A stretch of 64,000 nt of DNA from Clostridia bacterium (GCA_017481495.1 JAFUPC010000076.1:8755-72754); one strand, 5' to 3'. Positions 19,351 through 29,826 are shown, counted from the stretch's first letter. Made by a program: numbers and translations. Notes: generated by a model from the sequence alone, not told the origin.

Positions 19351-21108
19351 TTATCCATTCCCCTCCAGAAACGACACGTCTTCGTCCGTTTCCTGTTCTC
19401 TGAACTGGAGGTTATAGAGTTTTCTGTAAAGCCCGTTCTCGTTCTGCATGAGTAAGTCGTGCGGGCCCTGTTCGGCGATCTTGCCGCCGGAGATGACGAC
19501 GATTTCATCGGCATTCTTGATGGTGGAAAGACGGTGCGCGACGACCAGCGTCGTTCTGCCTTTGCACAGGGCATCGAGTGCCTGCTGGATGAGGATCTCG
19601 GTGGTATTGTCAAGCGCACTGGTCGCCTCGTCCAGAATCAGGATGGACGGGTTTTTCAGGAATACGCGCGCAATCGACAGTCTCTGCTTCTGACCGCCGG
19701 AAAGACGGACACCGCGTTCCCCGATCTGGGTGTTGTAGCCTTCCGGCAGGGTCATGATGTAGTCGTGGATGTTCGCACGGCGCGCCGCTTCCTCGACTTC
19801 CTCGTCCGAAGCACCCGGGCGGCCGTAGAGGATATTGTCTTTCATCGAGCCGTTGAACAGGAACACATCCTGCTGGACGATACCGATGTTCGCGCGCAGG
19901 GATTCCATCGTAATATCGGAAATGTCACGGCCGTCGATTTTGATGGAACCGGAGGTCAGGCGATAAAACGCGGGAATCAGATGACAGATGGTCGTTTTGC
20001 CGCCGCCGGACGGGCCGACCAGCGCAACCTTTTCTCCTGCCTTGATGGTAAGAGAAACACCGTTCAGAACGTCCTTTGATTCATTATAAGCAAATTCGAC
20101 GTTTTCAAAGGTGATGTCGCCGCGGACGTTTTCGATGGGTGTCGCACCCGGTGCATCCGCTTCCGTCGGTTCGTCCATGATTTCAAGGAACCGCTTGAAG
20201 CCGGTGACACCATTCTGGTATTGCTCCATGAAGCCGATGAGCGTGGTGACGGGATTGATGAACAGGTTGACCGAGATGATGAACGTGGAATAGTCCGCAA
20301 AGTCAATGGAACCGTTGTACAAGAACACACCGCCCGCGACGAGAATGACGACGTTGAACACATCCGTAACGAAGGAAGAGCCGGAATGGAACTTCGCCAT
20401 GGCGTTGTAGGAGTCGCGGCGCGCGTCGATGAACTGGCGGTTGCCGTCCTCAAACTTGTTCTGTTCTTCTTTCGTATTTGTGAACGCTTTGGTGACACGG
20501 ATACCAGAGATGGACGATTCCAGCGATGCGTTGATAACTGCCATCGACTTACGCGTTTCGGTGAACGCATCGTTCATTTTCTTCCGATAAATGACCGTAA
20601 CAACGACCAGGAGCGGCACGCACGCAAAGATGATGAGCGTCAGCGGGATGCTGATGGTACAAAGATATGCAAACGAGCCGATGATCATGATACCGCTGAT
20701 GAGCAGATTTTCGGGGCCGTGGTGTGCAAGCTCGGAGATCTCCATCAGGTCGTTTGTCATTCTCGACATGATCTTACCTGTTTCGTTGTTGTCAAAGTAG
20801 GAATACGGCAGCTTCTGCAGATGGTTGAACATATCGGTGCGCATCTGCGCCTGCATTCCGACACCAACCATATGTCCCCAGTACTGCACAAAATACCGCA
20901 GATACATCCGGATGAGGTAAAGTGCCAGCAAGATCACGCCCGCCATGACAAGCGCGTGAATGTTTTTGTTCGGCACATAATCGTCCAGCATTTTGTTCGT
21001 GACCATCGGGTAAACCATACCGATGATGGAAATGAACAGCGATGCAAGCATATCCAGCGCAAACATTTTTTTGTGCGGCTTGTAATATGCAATAAATCGT
21101 TTCAGCAT
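19351..21108 (-). CDS. ABC exporter, fused permease/ATP-binding protein (MsbA/multidrug type)
   Basis: Six-TM N-terminal half, then Walker A GPSGGGKTT, signature LSGGQKQR and Walker B ILILDEATSALD. Confidence 0.9.
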   Translation of the reverse strand: MLKRFIAYYKPHKKMFALDMLASLFISIIGMVYPMVTNKMLDDYVPNKNIHALVMAGVILLALYLIRMYLRYFVQYWGHMVGVGMQAQMRTDMFNHLQKLPYSYFDNNETGKIMSRMTNDLMEISELAHHGPENLLISGIMIIGSFAYLCTISIPLTLIIFACVPLLVVVTVIYRKKMNDAFTETRKSMAVINASLESSISGIRVTKAFTNTKEEQNKFEDGNRQFIDARRDSYNAMAKFHSGSSFVTDVFNVVILVAGGVFLYNGSIDFADYSTFIISVNLFINPVTTLIGFMEQYQNGVTGFKRFLEIMDEPTEADAPGATPIENVRGDITFENVEFAYNESKDVLNGVSLTIKAGEKVALVGPSGGGKTTICHLIPAFYRLTSGSIKIDGRDISDITMESLRANIGIVQQDVFLFNGSMKDNILYGRPGASDEEVEEAARRANIHDYIMTLPEGYNTQIGERGVRLSGGQKQRLSIARVFLKNPSILILDEATSALDNTTEILIQQALDALCKGRTTLVVAHRLSTIKNADEIVVISGGKIAEQGPHDLLMQNENGLYRKLYNLQFREQETDEDVSFLEGNG

Positions 21109-21140
21109 AGAAATGTCCTTCTTTCATTATTATCTTATAT

Positions 21141-21169
21141 ATTGTACCATTCTTTTTCATAAAAGTCAA
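21141..21169 (-). promoter_or_regulatory. promoter of the ABC exporter / uppP unit
   Basis: TTGACT (21169-21164), 17 nt, TACAAT (21146-21141). Confidence 0.5.
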
Positions 21170-21260
21170 GAGTGGGAAAACGGTTTTGTCGGAGATATGC
21201 AAAACCGCCCAGCTTTTCCGTTTTTCACGGGCATATTACCGGGCAGTTTGTGTGATTCCC

Positions 21261-21289
21261 TTGACAGGAGATGAGGATTGTGGTATACT
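21261..21289 (+). promoter_or_regulatory. promoter of the nucleotidyltransferase gene
   Basis: TTGACA (21261-21266), 17 nt ending in TGG, TATACT (21284-21289). It leaves a ~130 nt leader. Confidence 0.6.
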
Positions 21290-21420
21290 GAATACACGTT
21301 GTTACTCATATATGAAATGATGTTCAATTCACCGGGATCCTATTATGCTCCCCTACATACACATAAATATGTTGTTCGTTAAGCCGACATCATTCCCCAT
21401 CAACGGAGGTACCCCCACTC

Positions 21421-22188
21421 ATGAAAACCGACCTGTTATTATCCAACCTCACCGCTGCATACAAAAACATCCTCGGCGACAATCTGACCGGCATTTATAT
21501 CCACGGCTCCCTTGCCCTCGGGTGCTTTTCGTGGGAACGCGGCGATGTTGATTTTCTCGTTGTCGTAAAGGACGAGCCGTCTCTTTCCGAAAAAACAGCG
21601 CTCATCCGGTATCTGCTTTTACACGCATCCGATTTCCCGCCCAAAGGGCCGGAGATGAGTGTTCTGACAGAGGATACGTGCCGGAATTTCGTGTATCCGA
21701 CGCCGTATGTCCTGCATTATTCCAACTACCACAAAGGCCGGTACGAAGCCGACCTTTCCGGATATGCCGCACAGATGCGCGGGTATGACCCCGACCTTGC
21801 CGCCCACATCACCGTCACGCGCGCCGTCGGGTATCCGCTTTGCGGGCCGGCGGTAAATACGGTGTTTGCACCGGTGCCGGGGGAAGCGTATCTTGACAGC
21901 ATCCGCCGGGACGTGGAACACGCACGGGAAGACATCCGGGAAAATCCCGTTTATGTCATTCTGAATCTCTGCCGGGTGCTGGCGTATCTGCGGGACGGGG
22001 CGGTACTGTCGAAAGCCGCCGGGGGACAATGGGGGATGGATTTTCTGCCGATGAAATATCAGAGTCTCATTGCCGGCGCACACCGGTATTACACCGATGG
22101 AGTCCCGTTTGTGCCGGATATGACAGCCGCAGACCGCTTTGCGGCATTCGCGCTTGCGGAAATCGACCGGGAATGCGGTGCTTTATAA
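21421..22188 (+). CDS. aminoglycoside nucleotidyltransferase-like protein (AadA/ANT(3'')(9) architecture: NTase + DUF4111)
   Basis: N-terminal GIYIHGSLALG..GDVDFLVVV nucleotidyltransferase motif and a helical C-terminal domain collinear with AadA-type enzymes (recalled). RBS GGAGG. Confidence 0.75.
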   Translation: MKTDLLLSNLTAAYKNILGDNLTGIYIHGSLALGCFSWERGDVDFLVVVKDEPSLSEKTALIRYLLLHASDFPPKGPEMSVLTEDTCRNFVYPTPYVLHYSNYHKGRYEADLSGYAAQMRGYDPDLAAHITVTRAVGYPLCGPAVNTVFAPVPGEAYLDSIRRDVEHAREDIRENPVYVILNLCRVLAYLRDGAVLSKAAGGQWGMDFLPMKYQSLIAGAHRYYTDGVPFVPDMTAADRFAAFALAEIDRECGAL

Positions 22189-22587
22189 CTTTTTTTCCAG
22201 GTGCATTCCGTTGCTTGACACGACCGCGACGAGATTTCCCAGATTATCGGTGATCGGAATTTCGTAGAAACAGCTGCGTTTTCCGTCTTTGATCAAGCGC
22301 GTTTCCGCATACAGGACATCGCCTTTGCAGGTTCCGACAAAGCTGATATTGGACGAGACGGTCACAGTCAGCATTCCGCCGGAGTTGCCCGCAACGGCAA
22401 ACGCAAAGTCTGCCAAGGTAAACAGTGCGCCGCCCATCACGGCTCCTGCGGCGTTTTTGTGCATGGGTTTTACGGGCATTTCGCATTTTGCGTAATTTTC
22501 GCCGACGGCTTCGATGGTAATCTCCGCCTGTTCCGTGGCAAAGATGTCGTGCTTAAAAAATTCTCTCGCTTCTTCCAGGGTCATCAT
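22183..22587 (-). CDS. PaaI-family hotdog-fold thioesterase
   Basis: NAAGAVMGGALFTLADFAFA.. is typical of PaaI/YigI thioesterases. ATG 22587 lies downstream of the promoter at 22626-22654; the track start 22626 falls inside the -10 box. Confidence 0.8.
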   Translation of the reverse strand: MMTLEEAREFFKHDIFATEQAEITIEAVGENYAKCEMPVKPMHKNAAGAVMGGALFTLADFAFAVAGNSGGMLTVTVSSNISFVGTCKGDVLYAETRLIKDGKRSCFYEIPITDNLGNLVAVVSSNGMHLEKKL

Positions 22588-22625
22588 ATGGATACTGCTC
22601 CTTTGGTTTTCGTTCGATTTTTTCA

Positions 22626-22654
22626 ATTATACCATATCTGCGACGGAAAAACAA
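22626..22654 (-). promoter_or_regulatory. promoter of the thioesterase gene
   Basis: TTGTTT (22654-22649), 17 nt ending in TGG, TATAAT (22631-22626), preceded by AAAAATCCC. Confidence 0.45.
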
Positions 22655-22782
22655 GGGATTTTTTTGCATTTTTCGCAAAATCATAAAATAATTATACTTT
22701 TCACCCGTTTTGTGCAAGATTTTCTTTGGAATTATCTGTATAATGATATACAACGATAAACCATATCCGAAAGGAGCCCACC

Positions 22783-24261
22783 ATGAAGAAACTGTTTCCC
22801 ATCTGTCTTGCCCTGACTCTGCTTGCCGCATTTTCCGCCTGCGCCGACCCCGCAGACTCCGCCGAGACCGTCACGACTGCCGCCGACAACGGCTCCGATA
22901 CCGCCGCCGCGACCGATACCGCTGAAGCCCGCGCCGCCTGCGCACTGCCGGACGATCTTGATTTCGGCGGGGCGGAATTCCACACCATTGCCTTTTCCTG
23001 GCAGGGGTATCTCTATTACTTCTTTGCCGATGAAGAAAACGGCGACATCATGAACGATGCCATTTACGAGCGTACCCGCGCCATTGAAGAAACGCTGAAT
23101 GTCGATTTGCAGTACACCCGTCTGGAATCCACCGAGACGACCGCCGTTCCAAATGCCGTAAAGCCGACCGTGCTTGCCGGGGACGATGTGTATCAGCAGG
23201 TGCTGTTCCACTGCATCGAAGGCGTATCCGCATTCCCGTCGCAGGGGTATCTTTACAATCTCGACGAGCTTCCGTATATCGACACCGATGCGGAATGGTG
23301 GAACAAGGAGCAGATGGACGTTCTGCGACTTGGGGAAAATACCTATTTTGCCGTCAACGACTATATGCTTCCCTGCCCGTATATCGTGTATTTCTCCAAG
23401 GACATGGTCGAAAATCTGGACTTCGAAAACCCGTATCAGCTCGTTTATGAGGGGCGCTGGACGCTGGATGTCTTTACGGAAATGGCGCGCAGTGTCGTCT
23501 CCGACCTTGACGGCAACGGCAAAATGGAGGGTGAATACGACTGCTTCGGCGTGACCGCCTCCGAAACCTCCAAATACATCAGCTTTGTCACCGGTGCCGA
23601 CCAATACATCACGGAAAAGACCTCCGACGGACACATCGCGCTTGCCATCAACACTGATAAGATGCAGAGCATCATCGACGACTTTGCCGACCTTGCCGTG
23701 CAGGATGTCTTTTTCCTGCCGGAAAGCGAGCATGAGGGTTATCACATCACCCTTGACTCGGGCAGACTGCTCTTTGACCTGGAAACGCTGGCATGGGCGG
23801 AAAAAATGCGCGATTACACCGTGGAATTCGGCTTCCTGCCCTATCCGAAATACGACGAATCGCAAGAGAACTACCGTTCTCTTGACTGGGGCGGTCTGAT
23901 GGGCGTGCCGGTCTCTGTTTCCAATCCGGAGCTGGTCGGCGCGGTGCTGGAGCTTCAGGCATACGAAAGCGGCAACTCGGTCATTCCGACCTATTATGAC
24001 ACCGTTCTTACGGGCAAGCTTGCGCGCGATGAGGATGCCGTTAAGATGCTCGACATCATTTTCGACACCATCTGTTATGAGCCGGGCGGAAATTATTTCG
24101 GGTTCACCGGAGGGTTCTCCGATTTGTTCTTTACACTTCCGCGCCTTGCTGTCATGCAGAAATCTGCGGATTTTGCATCGTTTTATGCGAAGAATGAAAA
24201 GATTGCAATCAAGGCTGTGGAGAAATTTTATGATATGTTGGATGAGACAGAGGCGCAGTGA
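22783..24261 (+). CDS. extracellular solute-binding lipoprotein (ABC SBP fold), orphan paralogue
   Basis: Lipobox FSAC; paralogue of 16890..18404; RBS AAAGGAG. Confidence 0.85.
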   Translation: MKKLFPICLALTLLAAFSACADPADSAETVTTAADNGSDTAAATDTAEARAACALPDDLDFGGAEFHTIAFSWQGYLYYFFADEENGDIMNDAIYERTRAIEETLNVDLQYTRLESTETTAVPNAVKPTVLAGDDVYQQVLFHCIEGVSAFPSQGYLYNLDELPYIDTDAEWWNKEQMDVLRLGENTYFAVNDYMLPCPYIVYFSKDMVENLDFENPYQLVYEGRWTLDVFTEMARSVVSDLDGNGKMEGEYDCFGVTASETSKYISFVTGADQYITEKTSDGHIALAINTDKMQSIIDDFADLAVQDVFFLPESEHEGYHITLDSGRLLFDLETLAWAEKMRDYTVEFGFLPYPKYDESQENYRSLDWGGLMGVPVSVSNPELVGAVLELQAYESGNSVIPTYYDTVLTGKLARDEDAVKMLDIIFDTICYEPGGNYFGFTGGFSDLFFTLPRLAVMQKSADFASFYAKNEKIAIKAVEKFYDMLDETEAQ

Positions 24262-24466
24262 GTTCGGGCGTTTTTCCCGCTGTTTCTGTCAACGTAAAGA
24301 ATAAGGTACACGATTCTCTGCGTTTGCAGGCAGCATAACGGTTTCGCAAAGTGAAACTCCGACGTCCATACACAACGCTTGGTGCGCACTCCTTTATGTT
24401 AAGACAACATCTCCATATCTGTCTCAACCATATCCCATCCGTCACTTCACGAAAGGTATTTCAACA

Positions 24467-25882
24467 ATGACCACCGAAAAATCCATTGTCCGGCAGACGA
24501 TATACGACACCCTCACGGCAATGAAAGCGCGCAATGCGGAAGTCTCCGCGCGCTTGTCCGACCGCGTGCTTCTGACTGATTACGCGCATCTTTCCCGGAA
24601 AACCGACACCGGAACCGTCTGGACGCAGGCATTACAGACGGCGCTCTCCGAGCATGAAATCGTCGTCATTCCGCCGTCGGACGCCATTTATTACATCGAC
24701 GGTTCCGTCATCATTCCCTCCCACCGCCGCATTGAGGCGGACGGTGCAAGAATCTTTCTGACCCCGGACTGTGAGGTTCTGATGCTCCGCAACGCGCATA
24801 CCGCCGATGGCACGCATTCGCCCGTTCCCGACGGTGCGCTGTGGGACTGCGACATCACAATTTCGGGCGGTATCTGGGGCGAATCCCGCACCCGGCGGCA
24901 GGGGTACGGCGCGACCGGGCGATATGAACCGCGCATTCCGGGCGCGGATGATGAACTGCGCGCCTTTTACGGCGTTTCCACGCTGTTTCTCTTCCTGTGC
25001 GTGGACGGGTTGACGCTGGAAAATCTGACGTTCGTACACACGGCGGGCTTTTCCGTGCAGACGGGGTATCTTAAAAACGGCGTGTTTGAGCGCATCCGCT
25101 TTGAGGGATGCTTTGCGGACGGTCTGCATCTGAACGGCGCATCGGAGAATCTGTACATCTCCGACATTTCCGGCGAGGTCGGCGACGATCTGGTGGCGTT
25201 CAATATGTACGACTGGCAGAATTCGTCCGTGTCGTTCGGCGCAACACGGTGTGTGTGGTGCGAGGGACTGGATCTTTCGCCCGCTTCTCCCTACAAGGCA
25301 CTGCGCATTGAGCCGGGAATGTATTTCTACGATGATGATTCTGCCGTGGACTGCGGACTTTTCGATGCGGTCATCCGCTCCGTCCGCGGCATTGCCACAT
25401 TCAAAATGTACTTCCAGACCCCGCGCTACAAACTTGGCGAGGAGCTGCCCGAACGCGGGGAGGTTGGTTCTGCGGACAATCTGTTCTTTGAGGACATTGT
25501 AATCGACCTTGACCGCCCCATCGACGGGTTCCCGGAATATTTTACTGCAGACCCTGTGCGCGGTGCGTTCGCGGCGTTTGAGCTGGGTGCTAACATCGGC
25601 TACGTCTCGTTTTCCGACATTGCCATCACGATGTATCCCGAAAAATTCCCGTCCTCGTATCTTGTCACGGTCGGCCCGAAGTCCGTTGTCTGGCAGGGAT
25701 GCGAGATCTTTGACCCGTATCTGTCCTCCCGCACAGGGACGGTGGAGCTGCACAATATCGTTGTCAACGGGGTGAAATGCGAGAATCCCGCGGCACTGGT
25801 TCACGCAACGGTGTTTGAAGATGTCAATCACGACGGAATGTCGACCGGACGCGGGGAGATCGGGGAGATATTGGAGAGTTGA
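24467..25882 (+). CDS. hypothetical protein, probable right-handed beta-helix (pectin-lyase fold) enzyme, no signal peptide
   Basis: 471 aa with repetitive beta-strand-like segments (ITISGGIWG.., LTLENLTFVHTAGFSVQ.., LHLNGASENLYISDISG..). Fold is inferred, not searched. Confidence 0.65.
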   Translation: MTTEKSIVRQTIYDTLTAMKARNAEVSARLSDRVLLTDYAHLSRKTDTGTVWTQALQTALSEHEIVVIPPSDAIYYIDGSVIIPSHRRIEADGARIFLTPDCEVLMLRNAHTADGTHSPVPDGALWDCDITISGGIWGESRTRRQGYGATGRYEPRIPGADDELRAFYGVSTLFLFLCVDGLTLENLTFVHTAGFSVQTGYLKNGVFERIRFEGCFADGLHLNGASENLYISDISGEVGDDLVAFNMYDWQNSSVSFGATRCVWCEGLDLSPASPYKALRIEPGMYFYDDDSAVDCGLFDAVIRSVRGIATFKMYFQTPRYKLGEELPERGEVGSADNLFFEDIVIDLDRPIDGFPEYFTADPVRGAFAAFELGANIGYVSFSDIAITMYPEKFPSSYLVTVGPKSVVWQGCEIFDPYLSSRTGTVELHNIVVNGVKCENPAALVHATVFEDVNHDGMSTGRGEIGEILES

Positions 25883-26021
25883 TAGGAGATCGGGGAGAAT
25901 GTCGATGATACGTTTTGAACGATAAACTTTCCCGTCGAAACAATGATTTCAATTTTGGAAAATATCTTTCATTACATACCGCAAAGATAGACCGATCCAT
26001 TTTTTCATACCGTAAAAAACA

Positions 26022-26044
26022 CCCCCGGAACTTCGTTCCGGGGG
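26022..26044. terminator. bidirectional intrinsic terminator between convergent genes
   Basis: CCCCCGGAA-cttcg-TTCCGGGGG, flanked by an A-run upstream and a T-run downstream. Confidence 0.75.
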
Positions 26045-26057
26045 ACATCCTTTTCTA

Positions 26058-28346
26058 TCAGTTGTTATAATAATTGATGAGGCATCCATCCAGAATGATC
26101 TGCCGCTCATCATCGGTCAGCGAACCGAGTGTGAGCACAAATTCTGTTTTTGTCCCATCGGGACGGACGGTATACGCCTTGATTTCATCAGCCTTTTCGG
26201 CAACCGCCCTCCGGACATCGGGGATAAAGATCCAGTCGCCGACGGAGAACGGCAGGTTTTCCGCCTGTGCGGCATCGCGGAAGACGAACGGGAGCATACC
26301 CCAGTTGATTAAGTTGGAGCGGTAGCGCTTGGTGGCGTATTCGACGGCGATGTTTGCCCAGCCGCCGAGCACTTTCTGGCAGGAAGCGGCCTGTTCGCGC
26401 GCGGAGCCGTCGCCGGGTTTATTGGCATAGACAAGCGTACCGATGCCGGTTTTGGTGGGTTCGATGTCCGCTTTTCCGGTAAGGGTGCGGATGACATCGT
26501 AAATTTCTTTCACGGGTGCGGGTTCCACACCGTCAAGGCGCATCGCTTCCAGTACTTTGACCTCCTTTGCGCGGCCGACATATGCGGGATCCTTGCGGGA
26601 CAACGCAAATTCCGCCAGCTTCAGCGGGTTGGAACGGTAGGAGGAGGTCTCGCCGGACGGGATCAGCTCGTCCGTGGTCGTGACAGAGTCGGTGATGACG
26701 GATGCCACGCGGAGCAGAAGATCGTCGGTCAGCGGTTCCATCTTCGGCCAGTCTGCAATGTTCGGGCCGAATTTCAGTTCCGCATCTGCATCAGGCTTGC
26801 CCCAGCCGAAATAGCAGCGTTTTTCGTAGATCGAACCGTCAAACTTGTATTCCGGAATCGTTTCGGAATAGTCGACTTCCGAAGCAGACGTCAGGACACC
26901 GCCGTTCTTTGCCGTTGCCGCAATGGAACGCGCATCCATCAGCGCAACGGAAGCGATCTGACCGTTTGCGGGTTTGGAACCCTCGCGGTTCGGGAAGTTT
27001 CTCGTGGAATGACGGATGGAGAGACCGCCGTTTGCGGGGACATCGCCTGCGCCGAAGCACGGGCCGCAGAACGCAGTACGGATGGTAACACCGGCGGAAA
27101 GCAGGGTCTCTGCCGCACCGGAACGCACCAGTGCCAGATTGACCGGCTGGCTTGCCGGATACGCCGACAGACCGAACGCATCGCAACCGGTATCCGCGCC
27201 CGCCAAAATGTTCGCGGCAACGGCAAGGTTGTCATAGGTACCGCCGGCACAGCCTGCGATGACACCCTGATCGACCTTGACACGGCCGTCGGCGGTGATC
27301 TTGTCGGTCAGACGGAACGTGAGGTTCGGGGTTTCAAGCTGTTCTGCGGCGGACTGCTCGACGGTGCGGAGAATGTCGGCGGCGTTTACATTCAGCTCGC
27401 GAATGGTGTAGACATTGGAGGGGTGGAACGGCAGGGCGATCATCGGCTCCAGGGTGGAGAGGTCGATCTTCACCATGCGGTCGTAGTATGCGACCTTGCC
27501 GGGGGTGAGCTTTTTGTATTCATTTTCTCTGCCGTGGACGGCGAAATAGCGGTGCGTTTCCTCATCGGTGACCCAGATGGAGGAAAGGCAGGTGGTCTCG
27601 GTTGTCATGACGTCGATGCCGTTGCGGAATTCGATGGGCAGATTGGCAATGCCGTCGCCGACAAATTCGAGCACGCGGTTTTTAACAAAACCGTCTTTGA
27701 ATGTCGCGCCGATAAGTGCCAGCGCAACGTCCTGCGGGCCGATACCGTGTGCGGGTTTGCCGGTCAGGTACACCGCGACGACCTCCGGACGGGCGATGTC
27801 ATAGGTGCGGCGGCACAGCTGCTTGACCAGCTCCGGCCCGCCCTCGCCGATCGCCATCGTACCGAGTGCGCCGTAGCGGGTGTGGCTGTCGGAGCCGAGA
27901 ATCATCTTTCCGCATCCGGACATCATTTCGCGCATATAGGAGTGGATGACGGCGAGATGCGCGGGGACGAAGTTTCCGCCGTACTTCTTTGCCGCGGACA
28001 GACCGAAAACATGGTCGTCCTCATTGATGGTACCGCCGACTGCGCACAGGCTGTTGTGGCAGTTGGTCAGTACATACGGCAGCGGAAATTCCGTCAGACC
28101 GCTTGCGCGCGCCGTCTGGATGATGCCGACATAAGTGATATCGTGGGATGCCATCGCATCGAACTTGATTTTCAGAAGACCGCCGTCTTTTGCGGTATCG
28201 TGCGCAGAAAGGATCGACCACGCCATCGTATTGTCGCGCGCTTCTTCTTTGGTTGTATGGATGCCCATCTGAGCAAGCGCGGCTTCCTCTGTGACAACGG
28301 TTTCGCCGTCAACGAGATAAATGCCGCCGGTTAATTTTTCAATCAT
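26058..28346 (-). CDS. aconitate hydratase (aconitase family)
   Basis: GSDSHT, CGPCFG and [10 protein letters not shown] motifs plus a C-terminal swivel domain. ATG 28346 has RBS AAAGGAAA; the track start 28394 lies upstream of the -10. Confidence 0.85.
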   Translation of the reverse strand: MIEKLTGGIYLVDGETVVTEEAALAQMGIHTTKEEARDNTMAWSILSAHDTAKDGGLLKIKFDAMASHDITYVGIIQTARASGLTEFPLPYVLTNCHNSLCAVGGTINEDDHVFGLSAAKKYGGNFVPAHLAVIHSYMREMMSGCGKMILGSDSHTRYGALGTMAIGEGGPELVKQLCRRTYDIARPEVVAVYLTGKPAHGIGPQDVALALIGATFKDGFVKNRVLEFVGDGIANLPIEFRNGIDVMTTETTCLSSIWVTDEETHRYFAVHGRENEYKKLTPGKVAYYDRMVKIDLSTLEPMIALPFHPSNVYTIRELNVNAADILRTVEQSAAEQLETPNLTFRLTDKITADGRVKVDQGVIAGCAGGTYDNLAVAANILAGADTGCDAFGLSAYPASQPVNLALVRSGAAETLLSAGVTIRTAFCGPCFGAGDVPANGGLSIRHSTRNFPNREGSKPANGQIASVALMDARSIAATAKNGGVLTSASEVDYSETIPEYKFDGSIYEKRCYFGWGKPDADAELKFGPNIADWPKMEPLTDDLLLRVASVITDSVTTTDELIPSGETSSYRSNPLKLAEFALSRKDPAYVGRAKEVKVLEAMRLDGVEPAPVKEIYDVIRTLTGKADIEPTKTGIGTLVYANKPGDGSAREQAASCQKVLGGWANIAVEYATKRYRSNLINWGMLPFVFRDAAQAENLPFSVGDWIFIPDVRRAVAEKADEIKAYTVRPDGTKTEFVLTLGSLTDDERQIILDGCLINYYNN

Positions 28347-28385
28347 GTTCCGGGTTTCCTTTCGGGTTGGGATGTTATCCTTTTT

Positions 28386-28414
28386 ATTATACATGATTTT
28401 GCAAAAAAATGCAA
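28386..28414 (-). promoter_or_regulatory. aconitase promoter
   Basis: TTGCAT (28414-28409), 17 nt, TATAAT (28391-28386), preceded by TTTCCCC. Confidence 0.6.
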
Positions 28415-28430
28415 GGGGAAATTGTAAACA

Positions 28431-29417
28431 TTATTGAATCCCCGTATACCCGCTCTCCTCGATCAGTGTTTGCCCCTCCTGGGACAACAGCCAGTCAATG
28501 ACAACCGGGATGTTTGGGTTGTCGTTGTCGTTTCGGTAGATGGCATAAAACTGCGCGACGATGGGATAGGTGCGGTTTCGGATATTTTCCTTTGACGGGT
28601 ACACACCGTTCAGAGACAGCATTTTTACGTTTGCGTTGTCAACAAGGTCATCAAGATAATACCGGAACGAAAAGCCGATGGCACCGCCGGTGACGGCGAG
28701 AAGCGACTTTCCGCCGATGGGGGTTTCGCCCATGAACGCATCCATTGCCGACTGGGAGCCGCTTCCGGACAAACGCGTGACGGGATTGATGACACGGTCG
28801 GTGCCGCCGATGTCCCGCCAATTCTGAATATTCCCCGCGTAAATGGCGCGCACCTCGTCAACGGAAAGGTTTTCCACAGGATTTTCGGAGTTGATAAAAA
28901 ACACGAACGCTTCCAGTCCGATGGGAACATAGACAAGCTCCACGCCCAGCTCCTCGGCATATGCCGTCTGCTCTGCCGACGGTGCGGCGCAGAACAAAAT
29001 GTCCGTCTCCCCGTCCACGATCGCCTTGTAGCCGCGGACGGTGTTTTTATACTGCATGGCACTGTCGGGGGCGAAATTTTCCCCGTAATAATTGTCATCG
29101 GAAAAACTGCCGCCCTCGTAGGTGACGCTTTCCGCGGGATATAGCGCGTTCACGACCGCCGAGTAGACCGGGAACAGTGCCGCCGCGCCGTCCAGCACCG
29201 GAAGATCGTCCGTTAAGTGCAGGTCTGTCTCGACTTTTACGATGTTTGAATTTTCGTCAAACGGCAGATATGCGCCGACATCGATCTGTTTTGCCTGTGT
29301 CGTGTCGCTGAAATTGCCCGACAGGCGGCGGGTCAGAAGTTCGTATATGCAAAAATTGAACGCGGCAAATATGCCGATGACCAGCACGAGTGCAAGGATC
29401 TGTTTCGTTACTTTCAT
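28431..29417 (-). CDS. membrane-anchored PstS-like (PBP type 2) substrate-binding domain protein
   Basis: MKVTKQILALVLVIGIFAAF.. TM anchor, then PBP_like_2-type sequence (..RLSGSGSQSAMDAF..). ATG 29417 has RBS GGAGGAG; the Cys-rich track extension to 29636 was rejected. Confidence 0.75.
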   Translation of the reverse strand: MKVTKQILALVLVIGIFAAFNFCIYELLTRRLSGNFSDTTQAKQIDVGAYLPFDENSNIVKVETDLHLTDDLPVLDGAAALFPVYSAVVNALYPAESVTYEGGSFSDDNYYGENFAPDSAMQYKNTVRGYKAIVDGETDILFCAAPSAEQTAYAEELGVELVYVPIGLEAFVFFINSENPVENLSVDEVRAIYAGNIQNWRDIGGTDRVINPVTRLSGSGSQSAMDAFMGETPIGGKSLLAVTGGAIGFSFRYYLDDLVDNANVKMLSLNGVYPSKENIRNRTYPIVAQFYAIYRNDNDNPNIPVVIDWLLSQEGQTLIEESGYTGIQ

Positions 29418-29557
29418 CACCACAGCTCCTCCCCGATGAAATAAATAATGGAACAGCGCTGATACGCATCCGCCGCATACAGCACGTGCGCCGCGGTCGC
29501 AAGCAGTCCGAGGAGCAGCACCGCGCACAGAAGGATCGAAAAGGTCTTGTCTTTCAC
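29417..29557 (-). CDS. possible 46-aa single-TM micro-protein (GTG start)
   Basis: VKDKTFSILLCAVLLLGLLATAAHVLYAADAYQRCSIIYFIGEELW. AAAGGCGG lies 8 nt before the GTG, and the stop overlaps the next start (TGATG). Speculative. Confidence 0.35.
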   Translation of the reverse strand: MKDKTFSILLCAVLLLGLLATAAHVLYAADAYQRCSIIYFIGEELW

Positions 29558-29571
29558 AGCACACACCGCCT

Positions 29572-29826
29572 TTACATGAACGTGATCGACAGAAGCAGCA
29601 GTCCCGCGATTCCGAGCACAACGGCGAGCAGCACACCCATCGTCACAGCGGCGGCGATGAGCATCCATTTCCGCTTTTTCATCTCTGGCGCGGAATACGT
29701 GTCCGGGGTGCTTTTGTTTTTGCGCTTTGCTGCAAGATACCGCCACAGCGCGATACCGAACCACACGACCGCCGCCGCGGGAATGCCGTAAAACAGGACG
29801 AGAACGGGATGAATGTACAGAAACAT
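29572..29826 (-). CDS. 84-aa two-TM membrane protein
   Basis: Strong RBS AAAAAGGAGG and its own promoter; hydrophobic N- and C-terminal segments. Confidence 0.6.
   Translation of the reverse strand: MFLYIHPVLVLFYGIPAAAVVWFGIALWRYLAAKRKNKSTPDTYSAPEMKKRKWMLIAAAVTMGVLLAVVLGIAGLLLLSITFM

Noticed and set aside
21290-21420. Leader peptide or attenuator in front of the nucleotidyltransferase gene (mini-ORFs at 21312 and 21318; track ORF 21345..21551)
   Set aside because: No Shine-Dalgarno sequence precedes any of them, and I could not find alternative terminator or antiterminator pairings.
22732-25831. Minus-strand ORFs 22732..23865 and 24632..25831
   Set aside because: Shadows of the SBP paralogue and the beta-helix protein genes.
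27009-28334. 441-aa + strand ORF inside the aconitase gene
   Set aside because: Shadow. The minus frame has the aconitase Fe-S ligand motifs.
29418-29636. Cys-rich N-terminal extension of the PstS-like protein (track start 29636)
   Set aside because: The extension overlaps the small membrane ORFs in another frame and lacks an RBS. ATG 29417 has GGAGGAG and yields a normal signal-anchor N-terminus.
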